A stretch of 64,000 bases of DNA from Raillietiella orientalis. Lineage: Eukaryota. Positions 26,600-39,300 of the stretch are shown here, piece by piece (positions within the stretch are counted from its first letter, which is position 1; every line of letters begins with the position of its first letter). A model generated the notes under the pieces. It did no database searches. It worked only from the letters and a program-made list of their open reading frames with translations, and was not told where the DNA came from. The stretch is taken from assembly GCA_036172245.1 (NCBI GenBank), contig JAYWIR010000010.1:3162001-3226000 (forward strand), written 5' to 3'. The translations under genes were made by a program, and so were the position numbers.

Positions 26600-27650
26600 C
26601 TTGTCCGATGAACAGTTAATCAGTAGGAGTACGATAAAAACAAATAGCGCATGGACAGATGAACGTAAGTTTCCCGTAGCTATGGAAGCCAAATTAAAGG
26701 AGGTGATGCTTTCAGAGTTCTTCTGCCGTGTTCCGGTTCAATCTTTTGCAGGCATGCGAACAAAAATACTTCTGCGACGCTGACTTGGAAGCCGACGCCG
26801 TGGCGTGCAAAAAGAAAATGTGCAACCTTGAGGAAAAGGGATGCCCCGAGCATTATGTGTTGCTCCTTGATGACGACCGTTCGGGCATGGTGACTCTGGT
26901 AGTTCGTTCCCATCAGCACTGGAAACTTGAGCGTAAGGAAGAAGGCAAGCGTATGAAGGCTCTTCACATCGATTAGAGTGTTCCGATGTGGACTGCAAAA
27001 AAAAAAAAAAAGATCCACACGCCATCGAACCCTTCGCATCGGTCCTTTGTAAGGCATCAGATCGAATAACGGAAGAACATTATTGAAGAAGCTTCTGCTT
27101 TGAGGATTCGAGTCATTTGTCTTCTTTCCTCAGGGACGAAGACAAAGTGGATCTCAGAACGAGCATTTCCTAAAAGTTGTGTTATGACCAAGAACCTTCT
27201 CCAATGTACAGACAGTTAGTTGACTTCAATTCTGGAAAGTGAATTTAAGCCCAAAGTGAGCTTCATCGTCTATCCGCTTCTATCGCTTCTCGGCCTTTTG
27301 GTCTAAGATCCGTGTTCTTATAGAGAAAAATGTTGCTCTGCTATTCCATTCGTCAATTTGAGAAGTGAAAGAACACATAGTCGCAAACCACAAGAGAAAC
27401 TTCCATTAATAATTTGTCGGGAATTCTATCTTTATTTGAAGTTTCATTGGCATCTAAGAAAAATGCCCTCTCAAGTTGACTTTTCAAAGGCATTCCTTAA
27501 TGATTCATGCCCAAGTGTTCCAATGCAGAAATGTTCCCGTAAAATCGATCCCCGAAACATGATCCAGCAATACGGAGCCTGGAAGAGGAGCGCACATCCT
27601 ATGCTACTCCGTTTTCGACCAGTCCTCTCTCCATTTTGAATCTTCTGTGT
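26600..27650 (+). mobile_element. Degenerate LINE RT fragment (CR1/jockey-like)
   Basis: SVLCKASDRI (DLxKAFDxI-like, ~27038) and FPQGRRQS (FLxxRxQ-like, ~27125). Confidence 0.4.
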
Positions 27651-28639
27651 AGGCAGAATTCCGTTAACGAATGGGATCATTGCAAGAGTCGAATCCAGAA
27701 AGCTCGGGATGCAGCAGTCTAACTTCGAATTTTTGTTTTTCCTTTTTCTTTTTTCCTTTTTTAAAAGAAGGAATTGGATTTTTAGGAATGAAGTCCTGAA
27801 ATCTATAGATGATTAGAACCCAAAGGTGGAACCTGGAGTAAAAGTGAAATCTTACCAAGAGAAGAGAACAAGAGACAAAATACGATAACCTTCAGTGTGT
27901 TTTCTTATATTTTTCTTATATCTTATATTTTTTTCGAGCGACAAGCCAAAGACATAAGGAACTGAATAAAGCATTTCAGCGACACAAATTTGCACACAGA
28001 CTCTGAGAATCAAAGGAGCCCTTGTGACGAAAGGAGCTTGGAAATCGAGAATAATTAGAAACAGCTTCAAGACACTAGGAGGATAAATACAAATGAAAAA
28101 CGCACACACCCAAAGGCGGGAATCTGAACTTTGGAAGTCTGACTCCGAAGAATAACTCTGATTAAGGGAGAGCTACTGCCAGAGAGAAGTGGTTAAGGTA
28201 TCGGCTCGCGTTCAGCAGAGGTCAGTTTTCACCTTGGGTTTTTTTGACTCCCTTTCAGACGGTCATCGTTTTGGCGAACCTCGCGAAAAGTAGTCCCAGA
28301 ACCCACCGAAGATGCGGAAATATCGGTTCAAAGAGGAGGAGAGAAGCTGCGCATGCTCGATATTTTGCATTGTTTCCCTCAATCTGATCCCAACTCGAGA
28401 TGAGGGAGAACCCGGAAAACGGATCCATCAAAGCGAGTTCGCGTTGCCAGGTCTCGTTCGCAAAGGCAAAAGCAAGAAGAGATGCTTCAGTCTGTTTTAC
28501 GGGTTTCGCCGCAAAGGTTTTGGGAGCCATCCTTCTTCCCTTACCAACAGGCGCCCAAAATAGTGGGATCGAAGGATGCAAGCGTCTTTTCATCAGCGTT
28601 TCACAAGTGATTGAGCCTCTTTCGTGGCATCTGATGCTT

Positions 28640-29830
28640 GATGATCCCATATCATACCAAAGCGAACGTTCTTAAGATGGCAAGTATTCGCTGGATGCCC
28701 TCCTGCGATTGTGATGTAAAATAAAAATCCTGCATCGGAGAAGAACGAAGTGTTTCGACACATGAAGAGTTCTGAATTCTGAATTGCCTTCTGATGAGCA
28801 CTTGGCATCAAGAAATTCTGATAGATCTCATGAAACGAAACAGCAATGTATCATTTGCATTTCCTTCCCATCCAAATTAACTGAAACATCATATGCGAAG
28901 GAAAACTTAGGAGAACCGTTGGGAACAAATTGCAGTGTAAATGTTGGTATGCCTTCTAACCAGCGAACTTTGGATTTTGTTGGTCTGGAAATTTATCATC
29001 GCAGCAGCAAATTTGATAATCATTATGATGCCAGTGTAATGGATGGAGAAATAGAAAATCCATCAGCAAAGAAATTTAAATGTTCAATCTGTCATAGGCA
29101 TTTTGCTTCTGGAGAAAGCCTCAAAAAAGCATGTTCTGGTCCATGGAACAGATGATGCCGAGTCACTTCAGTTTGAACGATTCTTGACTAATTCTGCTCT
29201 TGCTTGCCATGTAAAAGTGCATTTAGGAAAGGAAAAAAAAAATACTTACGAGTATCCTTTGTGTTTGGATACATTTGATTTGATCAGCAAATTGAAAGAG
29301 CGTGTAGTTAGGCATGAAAAGGATGGATCGTGTGGATGTCCAAAGTGTGAGAAGGTTTTTGACAGCTGTTCACGAATTCGGAAACAAATTCGATCTTTCC
29401 ATAGCGATCGCCATGGCCCATTTTGGAGCAAGATATTAAATTGGCCTGTCCCGGAGGAATGTGTCGTTCCTCAGAATTGGTACCTACTGCAAGAATTCTC
29501 GTAAGATGGAAGTGATTACACCGATGCTTGAAATGCACCAGTGAACTCCGTGAACGGCCCTCAGAAAAGCTTCAGCCTCGCAACAGAATTTTCCCAGAGT
29601 GAGGCAAAACCATTTCTTCAGCGACGGGAAATGAATGTCCACTGAAATGCTACAAACATGCTGTCTCCTCGGAGCACTCGACTGCAGTCTAAATGAACGC
29701 TCGGATGAAATGGAGCTGCAAGTATGTCGGTCCATAGCAGACTCCAAATCATATCTGTTGCTTGATGTAAATTCTAAACGTGGGAAACGAGATGCCAAAG
29801 TGCGACTCGTTTATACAATCAGTGAGCTGC
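28640..29830 (+). pseudogene. C2H2 zinc-finger pseudogene, possibly PR/SET-domain PRDM10-like
   Basis: FKCSICHRHFASGESLKK-HVLVH (frameshift at an A-run near 29123), RFLTNSALACHVKVH, YPLCLDTF and CPKCEKVFDSCSRIRKQIRSFH are tandem C2H2 fingers with several ligands mutated. Upstream IIPKRT (28651) and SYAKENLGEPL recall PR/SET motifs (from memory, not searched). No introns are evident. Confidence 0.75.
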
Positions 29831-29843
29831 CTCTTATCTTTAA

Positions 29844-30466
29844 CCCTTTGAGTGCTATGGACACTCTATATATGCGTCTGGCAAATGTTTTTACCCCATA
29901 CTGGCGACACATGTTAACACTATCCATGTTTGAGATGGGCACATGCACTTACGCTCTTATAATTCAGTCCCTTGGCAACGACAGTAAACAAAATTCTGTT
30001 TATATCGGCTGACTGTTCTCGGTTTTCCTCGGTATGGCATGTGATTTATCATACCGCTGTTTTCTATCTTTGTGATATCTTGAAAATGTGAATGAATTCT
30101 TGATTTTATTGGAATTATAATTAAAGCTTTAAATACATAATATATGTTTGGGAAAAATGAAAATATTTCAATATTTTATCCATGAAAATATCTCATTTGA
30201 TTCATAAATAGAAATAATATATTTTATTTATCTTATTTCCATTTATGAAAATGCATTTGATATTTTATTAAATGGAAACATTTTATTTTATTCAATAAAA
30301 AAAACAATCACAATGCTGATATTAATCAGCGCTTTATAAATTCATTCGGAAATTCGATAGAGCACGCGGCACGCGAGAAAGCGTTCCGTTGCATAGAGAT
30401 CGCAGCTGCGACTCGCGTGCCGTCGACACGCGACGTTGAAATCTGATGAGCTCCGCACCCAAAGGG
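29844..30466. mobile_element. Non-autonomous piggyBac-type DNA transposon (MITE), 623 bp
   Basis: TTAA at 29840-29843 and 30467-30470 flank terminal inverted repeats CCCTTTGAGTGC (29844-29855) and GCACCCAAAGGG (30455-30466), an 11/12 match with CCC/GGG ends. AT-rich non-coding interior. Confidence 0.9.
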
Positions 30467-30499
30467 TTAAACAAACAAGCAAGCAAGCTATCTTTTTCC

Positions 30500-32100
30500 A
30501 ATACTTGTATGCAGGGAAGTCCTTCAGGCAGTTGACTTTTCTTCCCCTCCTCTAAATAGCAACTGATCCTTCGAAGAAACAGCACTACGCATTGACACAT
30601 AATGTGGTGGAAGGTGCCCGGAGAGCATTTCTTTTATCGAGTGCCGTTGTGGAGGAATGCACTGCTTTCTGCTTTTTCATTCGCTTCAGGTACTTACTCC
30701 ACATTGCTATCTGGGAAGAACCCCAATGAAACTCTGGAGAGAACTTGCTGGAGGTTAACGTGAGATCCAGGCACCTCCATGCATGGAGAACGACCCAACC
30801 AAGAATGATCAAGGAAATATACCAGATGCGCGAAGCTGAAAGCAGAAGCAACAACAACAAAAAAGAAGAGAATCCATCCTGTATCCTTCGGACGACTTTT
30901 GAAGGGCGGAAGGAGCGTCATAAACAGCTGCGAAAACTTTCGGAGAAAAGCCTCGAATGCAAAGACAGGGCAAGCTTTTGTGACACTTGACGAAAATGAG
31001 ATCGTCCTTCTGACAAATAGAATCTTTTCAAGTCTTTGCCTGCCCCAGAGTCGGGTTGACGAGGGAGATAAGAGATCGAGTGCTTATTGTTCACAGCTTT
31101 CTTCCGTCGACTGGTTTTTCTTGTTTCTTGCAGTCATGACTCGTGTCAAGCAAGTTAACAGAATCAACGTAATAATGGACGATAATTCGTAGTCAATCAA
31201 TGGTCGTTTTCCTCGCAAGAGGGCAGTCGTGCCCCTGCGATAAATAGGAAATGACCAGCGTTCCCGTACTAGTGGCTACTAAGGGACTGGCATTAGGTGA
31301 GAGATCAGCAAGCAAAAACTGGGCTCTTTTTCTGCAAGAGAGGAACCACCACCACTCATCAGTGAGTAGAAGGGCTCACGGGCGGCTCGATATTGGGAAA
31401 TCTGAGATTTGAGAATTGCGTCCTTTTTCGCTAGAATCTCAGTATCCTAGGTCTGCTTGCTTCCATCTCTTGCCCGAATCCTTTCGATCTCTGAGAATCC
31501 TATGCCGAAAAGATTTTCCCAGACACCACTACAAGGTTTTGAGATTTTCGCTTTCCGTTTATTCGAAACTTCTACTGTTGGGAAGGATGCGACGCTGAAG
31601 AGGGAGGCAATCACATGAGAGGATGAAGGGTGCCAGGAAAGAAGAGATCATGAAAATCGCTTATCTCAGCAGAAAACAAGGTCATCCAAGACCGTAGAAC
31701 AAATGCATGGTGACGTTTCTCGGTGAACGCTGAGAATCTGGGTCTCTCGAATCCAAGGCAAATTTCCTCCAGCAGTCTGGAGGACAAGCACAAGAACTGT
31801 GCTTCGCAGCACACAGAGAGCCGCCATGCGAGATTCGTTCTTCCTCTCAGCCCTGCCAGATCGGAAACACGTTCGGCGGAGACCACCAATGGATCGGGGA
31901 ACAATTGCAAGCAATTGGGACCCAGAGACGGGATGGGGTGCGCATTCCAGCGAATCCTGCGTTGAAGTCGTATGGAATCCCCGTCTAGGAGACTTGCCTT
32001 GTGAGCCATTTTTGAATGCTCCTTGCCGTTGCCGTGACGCGTGGCATCCAGAGAGAGAGAAATCCAAAAGTTTCTGTTCCACTCGTTCAAGATGTTGCTT
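30500..32100 (-). mobile_element. Degenerate jockey/I-like LINE (endonuclease plus RT remnants)
   Basis: RWNAHPIPSLG (GDFNAHHxxWG-like, ~31920-31955), ISDFH (~31650) and YLPRQPDSGAG (LPxxQxGFR-like, ~31040-31072). Confidence 0.45.
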
Positions 32101-32399
32101 GAGCGCTCCTGGGCTATGAAATCCAGGGATTTTCTTGCGAGTGGACGGTGATATCACGTGGTTTTGCCTCTGAGCTACAAGTACCCATTTCTTTTAGAAT
32201 TGATACCATTCTTGGCTTTTGAGCTACAATGTGATGCTGAAGAGAAATCTGCTCTGTTATATCCTAGCAATTTGCTTTGATAATTTTGGCCTCGGCTTAT
32301 ATTCTTATAGGTGCATGCAGTATGTGTCCACTGCCCTTTCCTGAACGATTGAAACTTTCCCTGGATTCCATGCTTACAACGGATGAACCCTGGCACTAG

Positions 32400-34200
32400 T
32401 TATTCCAGGTTACCAAAACTCAGGGTGCTGGAATTTCCCACTTTGTCCTCCTAAATTCCTGGTTTCTTGGTTAAGCCTTTATGCTTTCCTTCCTTTTCAA
32501 AACAACACTGAAAGATCGCCTTTTGGTGTGGATCCAGGAATAAGCCCCCAAGGATAGATGTTTATCCTTTCGACACTTAGAGATGCAAGTCTATAGGAGT
32601 GCATATACTCAGTTTACTGTTTCGTCCAAGAATTAAAAAAAGTTCACCTTTCGTGCTTATTAATTCTGACAAGCCACTCTTCTTTGGGACCTCCCAGGGC
32701 TACGTAACCTTTCTTAGGAAATTTCATGGTGAATTGTTTTCTCGAGACAATCCATCTTTCTTGCTGCTTCTTGCTGACCAGATTGCAAAGAAATGAATGC
32801 TACTACGGTCAGGAGTGTACCAAGGTCCCCGTGCAGAAAAACGCTACCGCCACGCTTTAGACTCCCTGGAGAAGTAAATACTTTCAGTTTGTCAGGTCGA
32901 GAGGTGAACAAAGAGTATCCTGCACAGCGTGACAGGAAAACAAGAGAGAAACTAATGGAATGGCAAACGATGCATTTTAATAAGTGTGCGTAAGTGGTAT
33001 GATATGGTAGCTTGAAGCTCTCGACAAGATCAGGAAATAAGGGGGCTCGCTTTTTTTCTTGGCTCCGTGAGATAACTCAGAGGTAGCAGACCAAGGGCTT
33101 CCTTCTGAGATTTCTGGAGCTTTCAGAAGTGAAAATGAATGATGAAAAATTTCAAGGGTCAATGGTTGCTAAGGGATGTCTAGGCAAACTCTAAAGTGAC
33201 ACGACAAGAGGAAGAGAAATCTTATTAGCTCCTTTTTCTGCTTCCAAGGAGCCATAGTACAGAAGAACAATTAGAACATGTAATCGAGTTATAAACTGAG
33301 TTCCCCACATGGCCGGGCATACATGCAAGTATCTTCATGATTCCCCCCAGTGCCAGAAAAGCCAGACGAAATTCCATAGAGAGAGCAGTGGGGCAAGTGG
33401 TTTGAAGACAGCAAACAATCCATAAGAAATTACTCTTCTTGCAGTTGGAGACTGCATTTTCAGATCTCCAAGAAATTACTGGAAAAGAATCAGAGGCGGG
33501 ATAGGAGGAACATTTCGGCGGCATATGCGAAACCCTGCTTCTCAAACCATCTGTCGAGTCAGATTGAAATGTGCTGCATGTCACTGTAAGAAGGCAGCAG
33601 GGAACCATCGTATGCAAAGATTGGATGTTTTGTGAAGAATTTGCTTCGGTTACATCCTTCCTGTCTGAGAGAAAGTGTTCAGTAAATACTTTCTCTCGGA
33701 CTCGGAGGAAGTGTACTGAGCATGCAAGGAAGTCTCCTCGCCTACACGATGGAACGATTCTTACTCAAACAGCCAGTGTGGTAAACACTGGGTGCCAACC
33801 GGTGGGAACTGATCAACAAAATGGCAGCACGCTCTTCCGTCTATGACCAGCAATGTACTCCGTCTTCCTGTGGCTCGCATGGCATAAAGCAAGACAAATC
33901 GTTCTTGTTGAACTTTCCAGTGAAACAGTTTCCTTTTACCATGCCCCTTTTAGTGTGTTCTCAGAAAATGACGTTCTTCCTATATCAGAAAATAAGAGCA
34001 GAAGTGGGAAACCTTTTCGTCGCAAAGGGAAGCAGGTTGAAGCTATTGGTGATAGTTGAGAAACCCACCAGTTTGTCGGCTTCTGTTACTTACGACAGTG
34101 CCATTAACCAGCAACAGTGTCACAGTCATCATTGCAGTTGTTTTAAGAACTTCCCCTCTAAAAGATCATCCAAGCAATCGCGAACAAGATAGCTCCACCA
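32400..34200 (+). mobile_element. Probable highly decayed LINE remnant
   Basis: Only weak RT-like remnants (KPDEIP ~33358; VNTG..QQNGSTL ~33780-33835). Confidence 0.25.
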
Positions 34201-36039
34201 GCTTCCTGTGCAAGATTTAGAAACGTTACTGGATAGACATTCAGAATCACAACGCATTATGAGAATGCGGTGTGATGTTTTTCATTTGCCCCATGTGATT
34301 TCTTCCAAGCCGATGCCTTCCAGGCAGTTACAGTGATTACTCGTTGACAGCCTATAAATAACGAGATACTCTGAAGACATTTGTTGTCATGATCTTTTGA
34401 ACGAATCATCTGTGAAAATTGAAATATGACCATTGAAATACAGACTCCATCGTTGAAAAACACATTCACGTATGTATCTGTTCGTGGTTGCCAATATAGG
34501 AATGTACACAATGTTTGGATGCACAGTCTTATAACTGCATTTGTTTCTTATTACGTTATGTTTCTGATGGAAAGAGACATCAATTTTCCAAAGTTATGGA
34601 TACAGGTACAAATGTGCCATTTGCTGGAAATTCAGCTCCCATTCACTTGTATACAGTTTGGAATTTGGAATCGAGATTTCTACGATAGACACACATCTCC
34701 TGAACCCAGTTCTTGTTTTTTTTTTTTTTTTTTTCGCATTCGTCTTGATCAGGTCGCTTCGACGACGAAATTGTCCTTTATTCTATGAGACGGAGATAGC
34801 TCGAACCCAACGGGCAACTTTTTGCCGCAGCCGGCCCACGTAGATTGCCCATCGCCGATTTGGGTGGGTTCAACCCATCTCAGAGCAAGCCAGGAAAATC
34901 TTTGTTAAAAGACAGTTTCTTCCTCGAAGCAAAAGACTTGGAGATTCGCAATCACCAAGTCTGAACCTTCACAATAATTCTAAAGGAAACGCTTGGATTT
35001 TAGATTTGACGTTTTGATTCCTTGGGAATCGAACACATTCCTTGGGAACCCTCGTTGACTCACTCTCCTATTATTTCTGATTTACTTCACTGAAACTGAT
35101 CATGTTAAAGGTATTGAATCCAAGGGGAAGTTTATTAATTCCCTGCCTGCATGAAACTGTTTTCTGCAACTCTGTGAAAGCTCGCGGGAGTCGCTTTACA
35201 TCACAAGGAACGGAAAGACTGTGTAATGACTATAACGACATGGAGCGTTCGATAAACACATGGCACCGAAACACATGCAAACATTCAGATGAAGGGAATT
35301 TCAACCCAGATACAAAGCATAATGATTCTAAAAAAATCTTTCACGGTTTTCTGATTTCATTTTACTGAATCCCAATCAGCACCCAAATGAAACTGCAGTA
35401 TTCTTAAGTGATTATTCCCGATAGAGTGTTCGCTTCATCCCTTCATCATTTATATCGTAGTGGACTTTATCATTTCCCTCATCGGAAGCATCGGAATGCT
35501 TAAAAATTAATCGTTTTTATCGATTTCCTGATGTGAAGTTTTTAACGGGTCATTAAGGCTCACAAACTTCATCGCCAGACAAGCCCGTATGGCTCCCAGT
35601 TCCTGGAAACCCAATAGGCTGAGCATCAGTGAATGAGAGGAAGGGTCCTGTTTTTTTTTCCATCCAGGTGATGAATGATAATCGGAAAGAAAGTTGAAAA
35701 ACATTTTTTTGGAGATCCGCTTCTCCATTAGAAGAGCGGCGACGCTAACTACACTGTTCATTTGAAAGGAACATTTTGATTCGCAGAAAACAACTCTTCG
35801 TTACCAGATGTCAGATATCCAATTATCTGAGATGTGATCTGCACAGGTGGTAAAAACCTTTTCTTTTTTTTTTTTTTTTCCTCGGAATTCGGAGTATGTT
35901 TTCTGTTGGCCATTCTGCAGTACAAGGCTAGTCTTTGAGAGCAGTGCACAGACGTTATCCATATGGGGGGCGCTTTTTCGGATCTAAGGAGATGGTTTCT
36001 CTCTTTGCTGGATCATCAAGGGAGCGCATTCGGGATGAG

Positions 36040-37280
36040 CATGCCAGGATCACTTAGTAAGCTTAGTAGTTCATGAAAGGTTTTGTAGGTGAACTCAAAA
36101 CAACCAAACTACCTGATGACACTTGCAAATATGCTAAAAAAAAAAAGAAAAAAACCCTCATTCCAGAGGAGGAGATGAGAAGTACCTAAACCTTTTTTAA
36201 GAGGTCGAGACTGGAGGGTAGTTGGACTTCAAACGCCGTGTTCTTTGCGAGGACACGAGAGGCCTTCTCACAGGCAAGTATGTTGATTTTCGAAAGCGAG
36301 CTTTTGTCTTGACTATTTACTCTACAGAATATGGAGTCTAGTTCGTTGTTCTAGAGAGGGAAGCTGGAGGAATGACAGGAGTCCTCGAAAAACATGTCTT
36401 CCTGTTGCCTGCTTAGTTCCCGGAAGTAATCCTACTACGTTTTCCATCAAGCGTTCACAGTGCTTGTACAACCTGTTCGCATCTCTCAAGTATCTGGAAT
36501 TTTTCTGATACCCAAATTCTTCTGAGACGAAATCGCAAAGAGTTTTGCTGATGAAAATGAAAACAAGAGGGAAAAAGTTGTGCTCCAGAACTTTTCGTAA
36601 TTCTTCGTTTACTGTGAACTGTTTAACGTTTTCATGCTGAGTGCCTTGGTTACTTGCATGCTCGGAAGTGCACATATCAGAAGAATGGTTAAATTCTTTA
36701 ACAAGTGTGCGAGAGTTTCTGGTTTGTTCGTCCTTATTCTTGAGATACTTGTGGATTCATCGTATCCTGTGAAGACACAGGAAGAGGAAACGACTTCCCT
36801 CACGCTAGACTGGAAATTCAGCATTTCGGTCCATTTGTTTCTTTTAGTACCACACACATCCGGGAAAAGTCCTGATTGGCAGATTGAGGCACATTTTGGA
36901 AGAATGCTGATTAAATAAGCTGCAAGTAAATAACTTTTGTGCTTTCTTCAGTTCCAGCAAGAATCCATAGTTTGTGATTTTCAGGAATCTCTTCGTGAGA
37001 AAAAAAAAAAGACGTTTCCACTTTTTCAAATTTAATTCCTTCTTTAATGTCATTCTGGATGCCTTCAATTTCATCTCCCAAGGTATTCTCAAGTTTAGGA
37101 AAAAACATTTAATAATTCCAATGAAAGATTCCAATGAAAGGAAAGGCTTCATCTGGAGCGATTTCAGCAGTGTTCTGGACTCCGGAACTTTTGTGCACTG
37201 AATAGTCGATCTCATTCTAATCCAAATTATCACGTGCCAATGGAACCACGTTTTTGTGGAAAAAAGAATGACCATCTTGT
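36040..37280 (-). pseudogene. NACHT/STAND NTPase (NLR-like) pseudogene
   Basis: Ordered minus-strand motifs across frameshifts: LWILAGTEESTK (decayed Walker A, ~36935-36972), VFTGYDE (Walker B hhDGxDE, ~36755-36775), LICALP (sensor-1 position), FPLVF, NRLY and FEFTYKTFHELL (winged-helix FxHxTFQE motif, ~36064-36100). Confidence 0.7.
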
Positions 37281-38199
37281 GCTGCTCGGAAACACTGTTT
37301 CCATGAAAAAACCACGAAGTTTAGGATTCATTTCATATTTTATTTATTGAAAGGAAAGAAAAAAAAAGACGTCAACTCCATGTTTTCTCATTGGACGTTT
37401 TCAATCGAGTGCTCCTGTGTCTGGCAAAGCGTGACCTACTGTTCTAAGGACAGGGGTTTTTTTCATCTGACACCAAGCTTGGGCATAGTAGGAAAGCCGT
37501 TATCGCAAAAGACAAAGTCTAACGAACATGGACGCGATTTGCATTCTTACAAATCAAATATTTATTTCGAAAATGTATTCCGGAAGATTCTGGAACATTA
37601 GACTGACTTTACATTTTAGGTGGGAGGCGTTTTCAGTTTTAAGGAGTGAACAAATTCTTCCTCACCAGAGCTGGAATCGCTTCCTGGACAACTCGAGCAT
37701 TTGTGGCTGAGCAGCCAATCGGATATATGTTCACAATCTTATGAGCAGCCCACAAAGAAGGGATGGCAGTATTTGCTCGAAGGAACCCCAGGAGAGGGAA
37801 TGCACCTCTTTTTCAAACTGTGGCTTGATCCAGAAACGATTCACTTGTAAACCTGCGTTCTCTGCCGCTCATAAGATGAAATGATAAGATGACCAAATAA
37901 TCGATAAATTAAAAAAAAAAAAAAAGGCTGCAGAGCTTCCCTCCTCATAAGAGGTTATACCTTCCATCCAGGATCAAGAGATGAGAAGGAAAATATGTTC
38001 TTCACCTCAATTCGTGTGCAGGGTCTTCCTTTGAGACCATTACATTTTTCAATACTTGTGATACATACGTGTGTGCACGTATCATGTATGCAGAATACGA
38101 GCGACATCCCATAAAAGCAAAACCGACTACCATCCTGGATCAGTCGTGGTCAGATTTTGGTCTACCAATCGGGTTCTAATTTCAGAAGGCATCTGGTTG

Positions 38200-39300
38200 T
38201 GGCTGTATCACTCTCAGTGAGCAGCTCGTCCTTCGGTTCGAGCAATGAGCATCTTTATACGGAGCATTCTAGACACTCAAGTTACCAGTTTCAAAGAATC
38301 ATTTTTAATCTTTCCTTAGGATCAAGACAAATTGGTTCGAATTTTCATTCTTATCAACATCCCTTCATCCGAGTGCTCAAAAGGCACAATGCCCCTTGCG
38401 TAACTTCTAGAGTAACACGTGTCGTATAACTAGCGTGAATGTAACCCCTCTCTTTCTCTCTTTGCTGACAAGCTAGAGGAGATCCTGCCTGCTTAGGTAG
38501 GCATCGGAGAGCAGGCAAAAAATACTGCAAAGAGACATTAACCAAGGGGTAGAAATATGGTTGCTATTTGATGGTGTCAAAGGAGATCTGGAAGCTTTCC
38601 GTACTGAGTTATGGAGTTTGATTGGAGCCGTCGTTTACTCTTTTCTAGCACAACATGCCAGCGAGCCCACGGTGCAGCCAAGGCCATCAAGAACTTTCCA
38701 TGAAACAAAAATGGAAGAGAAAAATTGAGGTCCTCGGGAAGTCTGGAAGGTATCAGTGAAATGATAGATTGTAACAGTTCCTTTTACACGGGTGGATCGG
38801 AAAGCTAGAAAGATCCAAAAGATCTCAGGACACCAACTTCATAGATTTGGATTTGATCCGTTATTCGACAAAACAGATAACGGCTTGAATACAACGCTTC
38901 AGCATAACGCTCACTCTCTGAGGAATGAAACCAACCGCATCTTTGGAAAAGATCCATCCGGGGCGATCAGTCGGTGCTTTGAGATGCTCCTTGAGATGCT
39001 CCAATTCCATCTCTCAGATCCAGGAACAGGTCTACGCTTATGGGCTGGATGCAATGCTACTATGGCATTAGTAAAAGATGCATTCAGCTTATTATTAAGG
39101 CATTTGGCCAAACTTTTGCAATTCTCTTAAGAGGCTGCTTGAATTTCTCTGCAAGTTTGCAAGAAGATCGGTTTGATCGATTGCCGTCGTCACAACACGG
39201 ATTCTGTTTCCTGTCTCCCGGAGATGTGCATTTTGTGGCTGCATTCACAAATAAATAAGAACTTCATGCCATTCTGTCCGTATCGATTTCCTAATTAGAA
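38200..39300 (+). mobile_element. Probable decayed LINE RT and 3' fragment
   Basis: RGDPA (~38475) and LLFDG (~38561) at QGDP and LLFADD spacing. Weak. Confidence 0.3.

Noticed and set aside
26680..27057. Helitron Rep-like words
   Set aside because: Too weak; the region fits a + strand RT remnant better.
28180..28245. AGTGGTTAAGG as a tRNA or SINE A-box
   Set aside because: No B-box or cloverleaf follows.
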